Shown here piece after piece: positions 9,021 to 19,400 of a stretch of 64,000 nt of DNA. The stretch lies in assembly GCA_043797125.1 (NCBI GenBank), contig JAZDPX010000022.1:1065-65064 (forward strand). The letters run 5' to 3'. The notes beneath the pieces are model-generated. The model was not told the origin of the DNA and ran no database searches. It saw only the letters and a list, made by a program, of their open reading frames with translations. The DNA is from Candidatus Omnitrophota bacterium (GTDB lineage: Bacteria > Omnitrophota > Gorgyraeia > JABMRG01 > JAFGKX01). The position numbers and the translations under genes were made by a program. Each line of letters starts with the position of its first letter. Position 1 is the first letter of the stretch.

Positions 9021-11276
9021 TTAAGAATCTCTATCGTCACTTTTATTGCTTTTCTTAGGCTGCCTACCGCCATTCGGGTATTCAACCCTGACGTGGTATA
9101 TTCCGACTAAAATCCTGCTGAACGTCCTTGCGATTATATCAATGTCACGCAAGGTCAACTCGCATCCATCCATCTGCCTATCAATAAATTTATTGTTTAT
9201 TATTCTCCTGACTAATTCCTCTAAATGCGCCGGAGTGGGGTCGCTCAATGTTCTTGAAGCTGCTTCAACTGAATCAGCCAAAAGAATAATGGCGGTTTCC
9301 TTTGTCTGGGGCTTGGGGCCCGGGTATCTGAAGCCCTCCTCAGCAACTGCGTCGTCACTGCTTTCTGTCTCCAGCGCCTTTTGATAAAAATAATATATTA
9401 ACCCACAACCATGGTGCTGTTCTATCATGTCAATGATCGGCATGGGCAGCTTATATTTTTTAGCTAGATCAACGCCGTCTTTCACATGATTAGTTATAAT
9501 AAGAGCGCTCATGTGCGGCGTGAGGCTAGTATGGGTTGTGGTGGTCTTGGGCTGGTTTTCGCTAAAATACTCGGCTTTTGCGATCTTTCCGATGTCATGA
9601 TAATACGCGCCAACGCGCGCCAAAAGGGAATTTGCGCCTATTGCTTCACAAGCTGCCTCAGCTAGGTTTCCTACCACCAGGCTGTGATGATAGGTCCCTG
9701 GAGCTTTGTTCACCATATCTTTCAGCAGTGGGCGATTTAAATCAATTAGCTCCAAAAGACCAATGTCTGTCGTTAAATGAAACATCCTCTCAAGTATCGG
9801 CAATAAAAATAGGGCTACTGCCGCGGAAACTATTCCAGAACTCACGCCCCACAGCCCTTCTTTTAAAAAAACTGCTGATTCCAAATCATTCATTAACCCT
9901 AATGATGATATGCATATAAAATTAACCAGGCCTACATATAACCCCGCCTGAAACAAATGGGTCCTGCGCCTGGAGTTTTTAACGGCAAATGCGCCGACGA
10001 TTGCCCCGATGAAAGTTACTATAAAGATATTCGTATCTATTCCGCCCATCATCGAGATTATAACGCTCATTATTATTACCAAAGGAAAAACAACGGTGTT
10101 TCCGATAAGCAAAGTAAAAAGCATGGATACGCTTGCGGAAGGAATAAAATAACTCGGTTGCGGAGAAAGCATTATTGCCTTTGCTACGACTGCCATAAAA
10201 AGTATTAAGACGCACATAAGCATTATTGATGAATTATTATTGAGCATCTTTGGTTCAAACAACTGCGCGTATATAATTAATATAAAAAATAACAGCAAGA
10301 GTATCATGCTAAAACTAAATATAAATGAAAAATTATAGGCTTTTCCGGATGATGTCTCTATTGCCGTAAGCATGGCAAGGGTCCGGCTGCTGGCCCTTGT
10401 GCCCTTAAAGATTATTATCTCGCCTTCCTTTACTTCATGCCTGTTATAAAAAGGCTCAACCTGCTCCTGCGCCGCCTTGCGCGCCATGTTTGTTTCTTTT
10501 TCGCCATAAGTGAGGTTAGCAGCTATTCTTTCCGATAAAACATTTATTAATGCCTTTTTGACAGGATGCGGGCAATCCAGTTTTTCATTTATGTAATTGG
10601 CAAACTCTTTTTTAACAAATGAGGATACCAATATTTCCTTAACCTCAATATGCTGGGTTGCCTTTTCATCTGCCTCGCTTTTTATTGTTATCTTCTCTAC
10701 AGACTTTGAAAGAAGTTTCTCTTTGTCCTCATCCGATATTATGGGGCGCGACATAACTGAATCTATCGCTTGAATCGATCCCTGCCGCAGCCGGGCTGTA
10801 TCCTTAAATGAAACCAACTCCGTAAGGTCGTTTAATCCTAAATTTATATTAAACATGCCCTTAAGCTCGGCGTAAGTCTCGTCACTAATTACAGCTTGCG
10901 AATGCGCGATTACATCAATGCTGTCAAAAAATACATTAACCTGATTTTGCACGTCCTTGTTAGCCCTTAAATCCAGAATAAATATATCAAGGACTTCCGA
11001 GAAAGCCTTTTTTTGCGCAGCCTGTGTCCTTACTTTGTCAATTCCCCACATATAAGCAAAGTTAAATGGGGCGTATATATCTTTGGTTGAAACATCGCCT
11101 ACATTTAACTGGCCCCTGGCAGGAAATTCGCCGAGATGAACAATGGCCAGGATAAGCAAGGCTGTTATAAAAAGCGGCACAATAATAAAAGCGGCCTTTT
11201 TGAGGGCCGGCATCTTCTGGACCTTCTTAAATATGCTCGGGACCTTAATCCTTGATTTTATCCTTATCTTTCTCAT
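9021..11276 (-). CDS. 7TM-receptor with intracellular HD hydrolase domain (PgpH/YqfF-like, possible c-di-AMP phosphodiesterase)
   Basis: N-terminal signal/TM plus extracellular region, 7 TM helices, C-terminal HD domain (HHSLVVGNLAEAA...YYHDIGK, HHG); sits in the phoH-yqfF-ybeY-dgkA order known from Bacillus. Confidence 0.8.
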   Translation of the reverse strand: MRKIRIKSRIKVPSIFKKVQKMPALKKAAFIIVPLFITALLILAIVHLGEFPARGQLNVGDVSTKDIYAPFNFAYMWGIDKVRTQAAQKKAFSEVLDIFILDLRANKDVQNQVNVFFDSIDVIAHSQAVISDETYAELKGMFNINLGLNDLTELVSFKDTARLRQGSIQAIDSVMSRPIISDEDKEKLLSKSVEKITIKSEADEKATQHIEVKEILVSSFVKKEFANYINEKLDCPHPVKKALINVLSERIAANLTYGEKETNMARKAAQEQVEPFYNRHEVKEGEIIIFKGTRASSRTLAMLTAIETSSGKAYNFSFIFSFSMILLLLFFILIIYAQLFEPKMLNNNSSIMLMCVLILFMAVVAKAIMLSPQPSYFIPSASVSMLFTLLIGNTVVFPLVIIMSVIISMMGGIDTNIFIVTFIGAIVGAFAVKNSRRRTHLFQAGLYVGLVNFICISSLGLMNDLESAVFLKEGLWGVSSGIVSAAVALFLLPILERMFHLTTDIGLLELIDLNRPLLKDMVNKAPGTYHHSLVVGNLAEAACEAIGANSLLARVGAYYHDIGKIAKAEYFSENQPKTTTTHTSLTPHMSALIITNHVKDGVDLAKKYKLPMPIIDMIEQHHGCGLIYYFYQKALETESSDDAVAEEGFRYPGPKPQTKETAIILLADSVEAASRTLSDPTPAHLEELVRRIINNKFIDRQMDGCELTLRDIDIIARTFSRILVGIYHVRVEYPNGGRQPKKSNKSDDRDS

Positions 11277-12226
11277 GCCTTCCTTGACGCCCTCTCATAA
11301 GCACCGATTATCTGCTGCACCAGCGCATGCCTTACCACGTCTGTACCGTCTAACATAATAAACTTTATCCCTTTTATCTCCTTTAAAATATCACGTATAT
11401 GGCTAAGCCCTGAATTGTCGACATTCGGCAAATCACTTTGCGTTACATCGCCGGTTATTACAACCTTTGAATCAAACCCTAAACGCGTAAGAAACATCTT
11501 CATTTGCTCTCTTGTGGCGTTTTGCGCCTCGTCCATAATTATAAATGAATCGTTCAATGTCCTGCCTCTCATATAAGCCAACGGGGCAACTTCTATAATG
11601 CCGTTTTCAATATGGTTGTGTATGTGATCCGGTTCCATCATTTCATAAAGGGCATCGTAAAGGGGGCGTAGATACGGCGTGACCTTATCATACAGATCCC
11701 CCGGAAGAAAGCCTAGTTTCTCGCCTGCTTCTATTGCGGGACGTGTTAAAATTATCCTGTTAACAATATTATTCATAAGGGCAGAAACCGCCATGGCCAT
11801 GGCCAGATAAGTTTTTCCTGTGCCTGCGGGGCCTATTGATATCACAATATCAAAGGCTTTCATCGCATCTACATAGAGCTTCTGTCCGTTTGTCTTAGGA
11901 TAAATAAACTGCTTTTTTGAAGGAACTTCTATCTTGTCGCTGTATATGGAGCTGAGGCTTAAGCCGGGGTCTTCATCTGTCTTTTTAATGAGATAATCTA
12001 CTTCATGCCTTTTTATTATCTTGTTTGAACGTATAACATCTAAAAGATGCTTGATGATTTTATTGGCTTTGCCTAGTGATTTTTCATCCCCTGTTATGGA
12101 CAGATTGTCGCCCCGCGCCATAATCTTGACCTTAAATGTCTTTTCAATTGTCTTAAGGTTATAATCATGGTCTCCGAAAAGCAGCCTGGCCTCTTGGGCG
12201 CCCCTTAATATAAATTCCTGTTTCAT
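11273..12226 (-). CDS. phoH: PhoH-like ATPase
   Basis: Walker A GPAGTGKTYLAMAMAV, KH-less PhoH architecture, 317 aa. Confidence 0.9.
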   Translation of the reverse strand: MKQEFILRGAQEARLLFGDHDYNLKTIEKTFKVKIMARGDNLSITGDEKSLGKANKIIKHLLDVIRSNKIIKRHEVDYLIKKTDEDPGLSLSSIYSDKIEVPSKKQFIYPKTNGQKLYVDAMKAFDIVISIGPAGTGKTYLAMAMAVSALMNNIVNRIILTRPAIEAGEKLGFLPGDLYDKVTPYLRPLYDALYEMMEPDHIHNHIENGIIEVAPLAYMRGRTLNDSFIIMDEAQNATREQMKMFLTRLGFDSKVVITGDVTQSDLPNVDNSGLSHIRDILKEIKGIKFIMLDGTDVVRHALVQQIIGAYERASRKA

Positions 12227-12230
12227 TAGC

Positions 12231-12830
12231 TTATTTTACATCCTTTGATTGCGATTCTTTTTCAAGCGGCGGTATAACAAGCACCATCCCGGGTTTTAAT
12301 TTTTCCGGATCCTTTATCTTATCCATATTAGCTTCGTATATCATTGTCCATTTCAATGCCTTACCATAAACTTTTTGCGAGATATGGCCGAGCGTATCCC
12401 CTTCTTTTACCGTATATGTGGTGGGCTGTTGCGGTGTTTCGGATATTGTTTCTTCTATTTCCTCGGCTTGGGGCTCCTCGAACTCTTCTGCCTGCCGGGA
12501 AGAATAAGATTCTGTTTCCCGGGAATATTCTGACTTTGTTGTCTGGGCAGGTTTTTTTGTTTCCTGCTTAGTTTGCCTCATTTCATCCCACGTGGGTATT
12601 TCCACCCGCACGTCTATAAATTCTCTTGTTGTATCCTTGCCTGCGGTTGACTTCGCCGGTCCAGAGCCTTGCAGATATCCACGGTTTCCGGAAACATCCT
12701 GGTCAACCTTTTCTCTTACTACTTTTTCTACCGTAACGCAACCCGGCAGCAATATAATTGCAGCTAAAGCTATAAATAAACGCATTACATTCATCTTGCC
12801 CCTCCTTTTAATTAAAAATTTAAAATGCAA
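12231..12830 (-). CDS. LysM-domain lipoprotein
   Basis: Signal peptide with lipobox LLPGC, E/T-rich linker, C-terminal LysM (YTVKEGDTLGHISQKVYG...MVLVIP); true start probably the Met at 12794. Confidence 0.7.
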   Translation of the reverse strand: MHFKFLIKRRGKMNVMRLFIALAAIILLPGCVTVEKVVREKVDQDVSGNRGYLQGSGPAKSTAGKDTTREFIDVRVEIPTWDEMRQTKQETKKPAQTTKSEYSRETESYSSRQAEEFEEPQAEEIEETISETPQQPTTYTVKEGDTLGHISQKVYGKALKWTMIYEANMDKIKDPEKLKPGMVLVIPPLEKESQSKDVK

Positions 12831-12958
12831 AATTAAAAATTACAATTAAAAATTTAAAAACATAGATTGCTTCGCCCTCGCTTCGCTCGGGCTCGCAATG
12901 ACATTTTTTAATTTTGAATTGCAATTTTACATTTTGAATTTTTAATTTTTAATTTTAA
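12809..12958. repeat. AT-rich inverted-repeat element with a GC-rich centre (gattgcttcg...ctcgcaatgac) between the LysM gene and aspS
   Basis: Arms of about 50 nt; the centre motif is also found at 5961-6010. Confidence 0.6.
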
Positions 12959-14722
12959 CTATTTGTTTTCTTCCTTCAACCTCAATCCCAACTCATCCAG
13001 CTGCTTCTTCGCAACATCTGAAGGCGCATCTGTCAGCATGCATACAGCACGCTGCGTTTTAGGAAAAGCTATTATTTCTCTTATTGAATCCACTCCCGCC
13101 ATTATCGCCAGGAGTCTATCCATGCCCAGCGCTATCCCTCCATGGGGAGGGGCGCCATATTTAAATGCCTTTGTCAAAAAGCCAAATCTTTTCTCAGCCT
13201 CTTCATCATTTATTCCTATTATTTTAAATATCTTTTTTTGCAGGTCCTGCTTGTGAATCCTTATGCTGCCGCTTGCTATTTCCACGCCGTTTAGGACTAA
13301 ATCGTAAGAACAGGCCCTTGCTAATTGAGGCGCCTTTTCAATGTTGCTGATGTCATCTTCGTGCGGCGAGGTAAAAGGATGATGCTCTGATTCCCATCTT
13401 TTTTCCTCTTGATTATAGAAAAAAAGCGGAAATTCCCTGACCCACAAAAATTTATAGGTATTGTTTTTAATAAGGCCTTTGCCTTGCGCGAATTTTCTTC
13501 TTAATTCATCCAGGATGCAATTGACCTTTTTTGCCTCATCAGCCACAAACAAAAGTAAATCGCCGTCTTCGGCCTGGGTCTTTGCTGATATAATATTTTG
13601 CTGGCCGTCTGTGAAAAATTTAGTAATCGGGCCCGTAAGTTTTCCGTTTTCAACCTTAAAATACGCAAGCCCTCCCGCGCCTAATGATTTTACAAATTCC
13701 GTCAACGAATCTATTTTGCTGCGTGATATATCTTTTTCGCCCTTTATATTAATCGCCTTTATCACGCCGCTTTTTGCCGCTTCCTTGAATATCTTAAAAT
13801 CGCTCTCTCTTAGCTCGTCGGTTAAATCAATCAATTCCAGGCCAAAACGCATATCAGGCTTGTCAGTGCCAAACCTTCTGGCGGCATCTTTGTGGGTAAG
13901 CCGCTCAAACGGTACTTTAAGTTCTATATTAAGTGCCTCCTTAAAAAGTTTTGCGAGAAGCCCTTCTATCAATAAAAAGATATCCTCTTCTTTTATGAAA
14001 GACATCTCTATATCAAGCTGCGTAAATTCCGGCTGCCTGTCAGCGCGCAGGTCCTCGTCCCTGAAACATTTAACTATCTGAAAATACCTGTCAAGGCCGC
14101 TTACCATAAGTATCTGCTTGAAAAGCTGCGGTGACTGCGGCAGGGCAAAAAATTTACCCGTGTTAATCCTGCTTGGCACTAAATAATCGCGCGCGCCTTC
14201 AGGCGTGGATTTTGTCAAAACCGGGGTCTCCACATCAATAAAACCCAGCTCATCCATATAATCTCTTATAACCTTAAAGGCCTTATGCCTGAAAATTATA
14301 TTCTTCTGCATCTTTGGGCGCCTTAGGTCAAGATAGCGGTACTTATAGCGCACGTCTTCGGAAAGCACCGAATCGTCACTTATCTCAAATAAAGGCGGCT
14401 CTGAAACATTAAGCAGCTCAAGCCTTGAAGCAACAACCTCTATTTCGCCTGTTGGAATATTTTTATTCTCGGTTCCCGGGGGGCGCAATTCTGTTCTGCC
14501 CTCAACAAGCAGTACATATTCGTTTCCTATTTGCTGGGCTTCTTGGTGGAGCTTTTGATCTATTTTGGGATTGAATACAACCTGCGTAACCCCGTAACGG
14601 TCTCTTAAGTCGATGAACAAAACCCCGCCATGGTCGCGGATAGTATCCACCCACCCGCAAAGAGTTACATCTTTGCCCATGTCCTTGCTATCTAATTGGC
14701 CGCATGTGTGGGATCGTAGCAT
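12959..14722 (-). CDS. aspS: aspartate--tRNA ligase
   Basis: 587 aa; class II aaRS motifs FRDEDLRADRQPEFTQLD and GGIALGMDRL; N-terminal OB-fold. Confidence 0.92.
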   Translation of the reverse strand: MLRSHTCGQLDSKDMGKDVTLCGWVDTIRDHGGVLFIDLRDRYGVTQVVFNPKIDQKLHQEAQQIGNEYVLLVEGRTELRPPGTENKNIPTGEIEVVASRLELLNVSEPPLFEISDDSVLSEDVRYKYRYLDLRRPKMQKNIIFRHKAFKVIRDYMDELGFIDVETPVLTKSTPEGARDYLVPSRINTGKFFALPQSPQLFKQILMVSGLDRYFQIVKCFRDEDLRADRQPEFTQLDIEMSFIKEEDIFLLIEGLLAKLFKEALNIELKVPFERLTHKDAARRFGTDKPDMRFGLELIDLTDELRESDFKIFKEAAKSGVIKAINIKGEKDISRSKIDSLTEFVKSLGAGGLAYFKVENGKLTGPITKFFTDGQQNIISAKTQAEDGDLLLFVADEAKKVNCILDELRRKFAQGKGLIKNNTYKFLWVREFPLFFYNQEEKRWESEHHPFTSPHEDDISNIEKAPQLARACSYDLVLNGVEIASGSIRIHKQDLQKKIFKIIGINDEEAEKRFGFLTKAFKYGAPPHGGIALGMDRLLAIMAGVDSIREIIAFPKTQRAVCMLTDAPSDVAKKQLDELGLRLKEENK

Positions 14723-14740
14723 AAGTTTAAAGGTTAAAGG

Positions 14741-15997
14741 TTAAAGTTTAAAGTTGTTCAAAAAATCTGCAAGTTGGTTAAGGTTTACTTTTTGTTGCTC
14801 GCCGGTTTTCATGTTTTTTAAATTAACTTCTTGTGTTTTTAGTTCATCGTCGCCTATTACCGCGACAAACTTTGCGTTTTTCTTATCGGCGTAGCGCATC
14901 TGCGCTTTAAGCGATCTTGCCTGGTAATCCATATCACATGATATGCCCTTTTTTCTCAATTTATTCTGAAGCGCAAACGCCTCTTTATAAGATGCTTCGT
15001 TCATGGCGACAATAAATAATACAGCGCAAGGAGCGCTGTATTTAAGCTTTTCCTTGTCTATAATGCTTATCAGCCTCTCAAAACCTATTGCAAACCCGCA
15101 TGAGCCTGTTTCCTGGCCGCCTAAATCTGAAACAAGATTATCATACCTGCCGCCTGCTGCGACAGCGCTTTGCGCTCCCAGGCCCTGGGCTATTACCTCG
15201 AACACCGTCTTTGTATAATAATCAAGGCCTCTTACTAAAAACGGGTCAAATTCAAAACTTATATTTTCAGCGTTTAAGATGCCCTTAACCTTGTTGAAGT
15301 GCGCGGCGCATTCTTCGCACAGATGACTGTTGTCAATGTTTAACATGCGTAGGTTGTTTTTGCATACTTCGTTTTTGCAATCTAAAATACGTAATATGTT
15401 GGTGCTATATCTGTCCTGGCAATCCTGGCATAATTTCTTTATCTGCGGCTTTAATATGCCCTTCAGCTGTTTTTTAAATTTTTCTTTGTCTTTGCTGCAT
15501 CCAAGTGAATTTAACTTGAGCTTATAATCGCTTAAAAACAGCTGTTTCAAAATATCCTCTAATAATATTATTATCTCGCAATCCGCGTAAGGCGAATAAG
15601 TACCTAAGATTTCAACTCCTGTCTGGTAAAATTCCCTCTGCCTGCCTGCTTGGGGCCTTTCGCTTCTGTACATGGGGCCAAAATAAAATAACTTTACAAA
15701 TTGCTGCGTCTTTGATAAATCATGCTCAATATACGCCCTCACAACAGATGCGGTTTGTTCCGGGCGCAGGCATATATCACGCCCTCCCTGGTCAGTAAAG
15801 GCATACATCTGCTTTTGCACTATATCCGTATCCTTGCCTACGCCTCTTTCGAAAAGGGCCTTCGGTTCTATTATCGGCGTGCGGATTTCCTCATAACCGT
15901 ACTTGGCATAGATATTACGGCAGATGTTTTCAATGTATTTCCAGAATCCGGATTCCGGCGGCAATATATCCTGAGTTCCTTTAAGTGAACTTATCAT
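14741..15997 (-). CDS. hisS: histidine--tRNA ligase
   Basis: 418 aa; class II HisRS motifs (YIENICRNIYAKYGYEEIRTP, RPEQT, GGRYD); C-terminal anticodon-binding domain. Confidence 0.9.
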   Translation of the reverse strand: MISSLKGTQDILPPESGFWKYIENICRNIYAKYGYEEIRTPIIEPKALFERGVGKDTDIVQKQMYAFTDQGGRDICLRPEQTASVVRAYIEHDLSKTQQFVKLFYFGPMYRSERPQAGRQREFYQTGVEILGTYSPYADCEIIILLEDILKQLFLSDYKLKLNSLGCSKDKEKFKKQLKGILKPQIKKLCQDCQDRYSTNILRILDCKNEVCKNNLRMLNIDNSHLCEECAAHFNKVKGILNAENISFEFDPFLVRGLDYYTKTVFEVIAQGLGAQSAVAAGGRYDNLVSDLGGQETGSCGFAIGFERLISIIDKEKLKYSAPCAVLFIVAMNEASYKEAFALQNKLRKKGISCDMDYQARSLKAQMRYADKKNAKFVAVIGDDELKTQEVNLKNMKTGEQQKVNLNQLADFLNNFKL

Positions 15998-16013
15998 CTT
16001 TAACCTTTAACCT

Positions 16014-16289
16014 TTATCCTTTAACCTTTTGTTTCATCACAAGCCCGGGCTTAAATATAACCGCTCTTTTAGGTGCGACTGCCACGGTTTCGCCTGTTCG
16101 CGGATTGCGCGCTGTCCTGGCTTTTCTTGATTTTACCTTAAATACGCCAAAATTGCGCAATTCAATTGTCTCGCCAGAAGCCAGAATATCCACTATGGCA
16201 TCAAGCGACTTTTGCAGTATCTTTTTTGTTACTATCTGCCTGATTCCTGTTTCATCCGCAACGCGTATTGCTATCTCTTTCTTTGTCAT
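16014..16289 (-). CDS. hup: HU/IHF family DNA-binding protein
   Basis: 91 aa; signature NFGVFKVKSRKARTARNPRTGETVAVAPKRAVIFKPG. Confidence 0.9.
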   Translation of the reverse strand: MTKKEIAIRVADETGIRQIVTKKILQKSLDAIVDILASGETIELRNFGVFKVKSRKARTARNPRTGETVAVAPKRAVIFKPGLVMKQKVKG

Positions 16290-16343
16290 ATCACACCCTC
16301 CGAAATTTTTGAAAAAAATTTTGTCCCGAGCACTACTGAAATC

Positions 16344-16363
16344 CCTGCCTGCCGGCAGGCAGG
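16344..16363. repeat. REP-like perfect palindrome CCTGCCTGCCGGCAGGCAGG (copy 1 of 6)
   Basis: Exact 20-mer; other copies at 57015-57034 and 63685-63704 (exact) and degenerate copies at 26885-26918, 39468-39489 and 46296-46317; all intergenic or at gene 3' ends. Confidence 0.8.
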
Positions 16364-16485
16364 CGAACAGGTGTGAGGATTTACTACTAGCGAGGGATCT
16401 TAACTTGTTGTAACTGGTTTAAAGACTTTAACATATAAACATCGTACAGTCAAGATTTTTCACTAGGGCGCCATAAATGGCGCCC

Positions 16486-19400
16486 CTACAGCCACATTTT
16501 TACCCTGCCTGCGCCAATCAAGCCCTCTATTTCTTCTATCAGCTCATCTGAAGGCAAGACAGTTATATTTCTTCCTGTTGACAGCTGCAGCTGCCGCTTA
16601 TCCTGTGTGGTAAAATTCAAATAAACAGGCACATTGCCTTTGTGCTTTTTAAGGATATTGCTGAGTTCCTGCAGGGTGTGTTTTTCAAGCCCTGTTGTAT
16701 ACAGTTTTATGGATAAAGCCTGGACATATTTTTTCCTCGCCTCATCCAGGGGCAGGATCTCGTCCGCGATAATCTTCGGCGTATCTTCCCGCAAATTTAA
16801 CACGCCCTTGATAAATACGATTGAATCCTCTACAACATATTTGCCTGATAGCTTATAGCTGCGCGGAAACACAAGCACCTCAATTGTGCCTTTTAAGTCT
16901 TCCATGATAAGAATAGCCATTTTCTCATTTGTCCTTTTTGTAAATGTGAATTTGGCTTTTGTTATTATGCCTCCTATTGAAATAGACTGGCCGTCCGTAA
17001 GTTCGCTTAAGTTAGCGGTGTTGTGTGCGGTGAACATCTTAAGCGCCTTTTCATGCTTTGCCAAGGGATGGCCTGTTATGTAAAAACCAAGCAGCTCCTT
17101 TTCAAAAGCTAAAAGCTGATTTTGCGGCCATTCTTTTACATCAGGCACCTGCTGAAATTCGTTTTTAAATGTCTCGCCTGACTCAAACGCATCGAAGAAT
17201 GAGAGCTGGCCGGAGTCCCTGTCCTTCTGCAGGACATCCGCTACCTCAAGGGCGTGGTCTATCATCGCGACCATTTGCGAGCGATGAAGCTTGAAATTAT
17301 CAAATGCGCCGCATTTGATAAGGCTTTCTATGACCTTCCTGTTTGCCAGGCGCAGGTCAACGTGCTCGCAGAAATCATACAGAGTTTTGAATTTGCCGCG
17401 TTCTTTTCTTGCCGCGACAATGGAATTAACAGCAAGCTCACCGACATTTTTAACCGCGGTAAGACCGAAACGGATGGAGTTTGCCGTAACCGTAAAATGC
17501 GCGAAACTCTCATTAATGTCAGGAGGGAGTATTTCTATTCCTAAGCTCTTTGCCTCATCGATATATAAAACCACCTTGTCAGTATTGTCGCGCTCGCTGG
17601 TAAGCAGGGCTGCCATAAATTCTATGGGAAAATTCGCCTTAAGATACGCTGTCCTGTAAGAAATCATCGCGTACGCCGCTGAATGAGAACGGTTAAAGCC
17701 GTAGCCTGAAAAATATTCAATCAGGTTGAAAATCTTATCAGCAACGTTCGCGGTTACGGAATTTTTCACGCACCCTTCAATAAATAATTTTCTTTGTTTT
17801 TGTATAACCTCCGGGGTCTTTTTGCTTATTGCCCTGCGCAGCGTATCTGCCTGGCTTAACGAGAAACCAGCAAGTTTATTCACAATCTGCATAACCTGCT
17901 CTTGATAAAGTATAATCCCGTAGGTGGGTTTTAATATGTCTTCCAACAAGGAATGGTCGTATTTAACCCTTGTGTGCCCGTGTTTTCTTTTCATAAAATC
18001 ATCCACCATGCCGCTGCCTATAGGCCCGGGCCTGTATAAAGCCAAAAGCGCTACAATATCTTCAAATACGGTGGGTTTTAATTTTTTAAGCAGGTCGCGC
18101 ATTCCCCTGCTTTCAAGTTGAAACACGCCGATGGATTTCGCGTCGGAAAGAAACTCATAAGTCTTTTTATCATCCATCAATATTTTTTCTATATCCAGGT
18201 CTATTGCCTTTGTGCGCTTTATTATTTTAACTGCCTCGCTTATAACAGTCAAAGTCCTAAGGCCCAGAAAATCCATTTTCAGAAGCCCTATCTGCTCAAG
18301 CGAGCCCATGGGATAGCCTGTTGTTATCTGGTCGTCGTTGGTCTTAAACAAAGGCAGATAATTCACAAGCGGTTTCTGGCTGATAACCACGCCTGCCGCG
18401 TGAGTTGAAGCGTGCCTTGTAACGCCTTCCAATACAAACGCGGTATCTATAAGCCTTGTAACGCGCTTGTCGCTTTTATACATATCCATAAGTTCAGGTT
18501 CCTGCTCCAGCGCGGCGCTAAGTTTTATATTTAAATCATTAGGCACAAGCTTCGCTATCTTATCCGATTCGGCGTAACTGAATCCCATGACCCTGGCCAC
18601 GTCCCTTATAACTGCTTTTGCCAGCATGGTCCCGAATGTTATTATCTGGGCAACATTCTCCTTGCCATATTTTGAAATAACATAATTTATAACCTCGTCT
18701 CTTCTTTCATAGCAAAAATCTATATCTATATCAGGCATAGTGATCCTGTCCGGGTTCAAGAATCTTTCAAAAAGCAGGTTATGCTTAAGCGGGTCTAAAG
18801 CCGTTATTCCTAGGCAAAAACTTACAGCGCTTCCGGCTGCAGAGCCCCTGCCCGGGCCTACAGGAATATTGTTTTCTTTGGCATACCTGATAAGGTCCCA
18901 CACAATTAAAAAGTAGCTGACAAAATTACTCTGCTCAATAACTTTAAGCTCGTAATCCAGCCTGTCGGTTACTGCCTTATCAGCGTCGGGATACCTTTTT
19001 TTTGCGCCGGCATCTGTGAGCTCTCTTAAAAATTGCTCCTGGGTCTTATTTTCAGGCGGGGTAAATACAGGCAGATGAAGCTTATTCAACTTAAGCTCAA
19101 GATTGCATTTATCCGCGATTTCGAGAGTATTGGATATTGCCTGCGGAACATCCTTAAAAAGATTTGACATTTCTTCGGCGGTTTTAAAATAAAACTCGTC
19201 TGTCTTAAACCTCATGCGGTTGGGGTCATCCAAAGTGGTCTGCGTCTGTATGCAAAGAAGCGCCTCATGCGCGTACGCGTGGTTTTTCTGTAGATAATGA
19301 TAGTCATTTGTCGCAACCAAAGGAATATCTAAATCCTTAGACATCTGAATAAGAGCCTTATTCGCCTTAAGCTGCTCTGCTAACCCGTGATCCATAAGCT

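Noticed and set aside
8597-9085. Long (162-aa) form of ybeY
   Set aside because: It would overlap the upstream HD gene by 65 nt. The internal Met (start at 9001) gives a YbeY-sized protein and a 19-bp intergenic gap.
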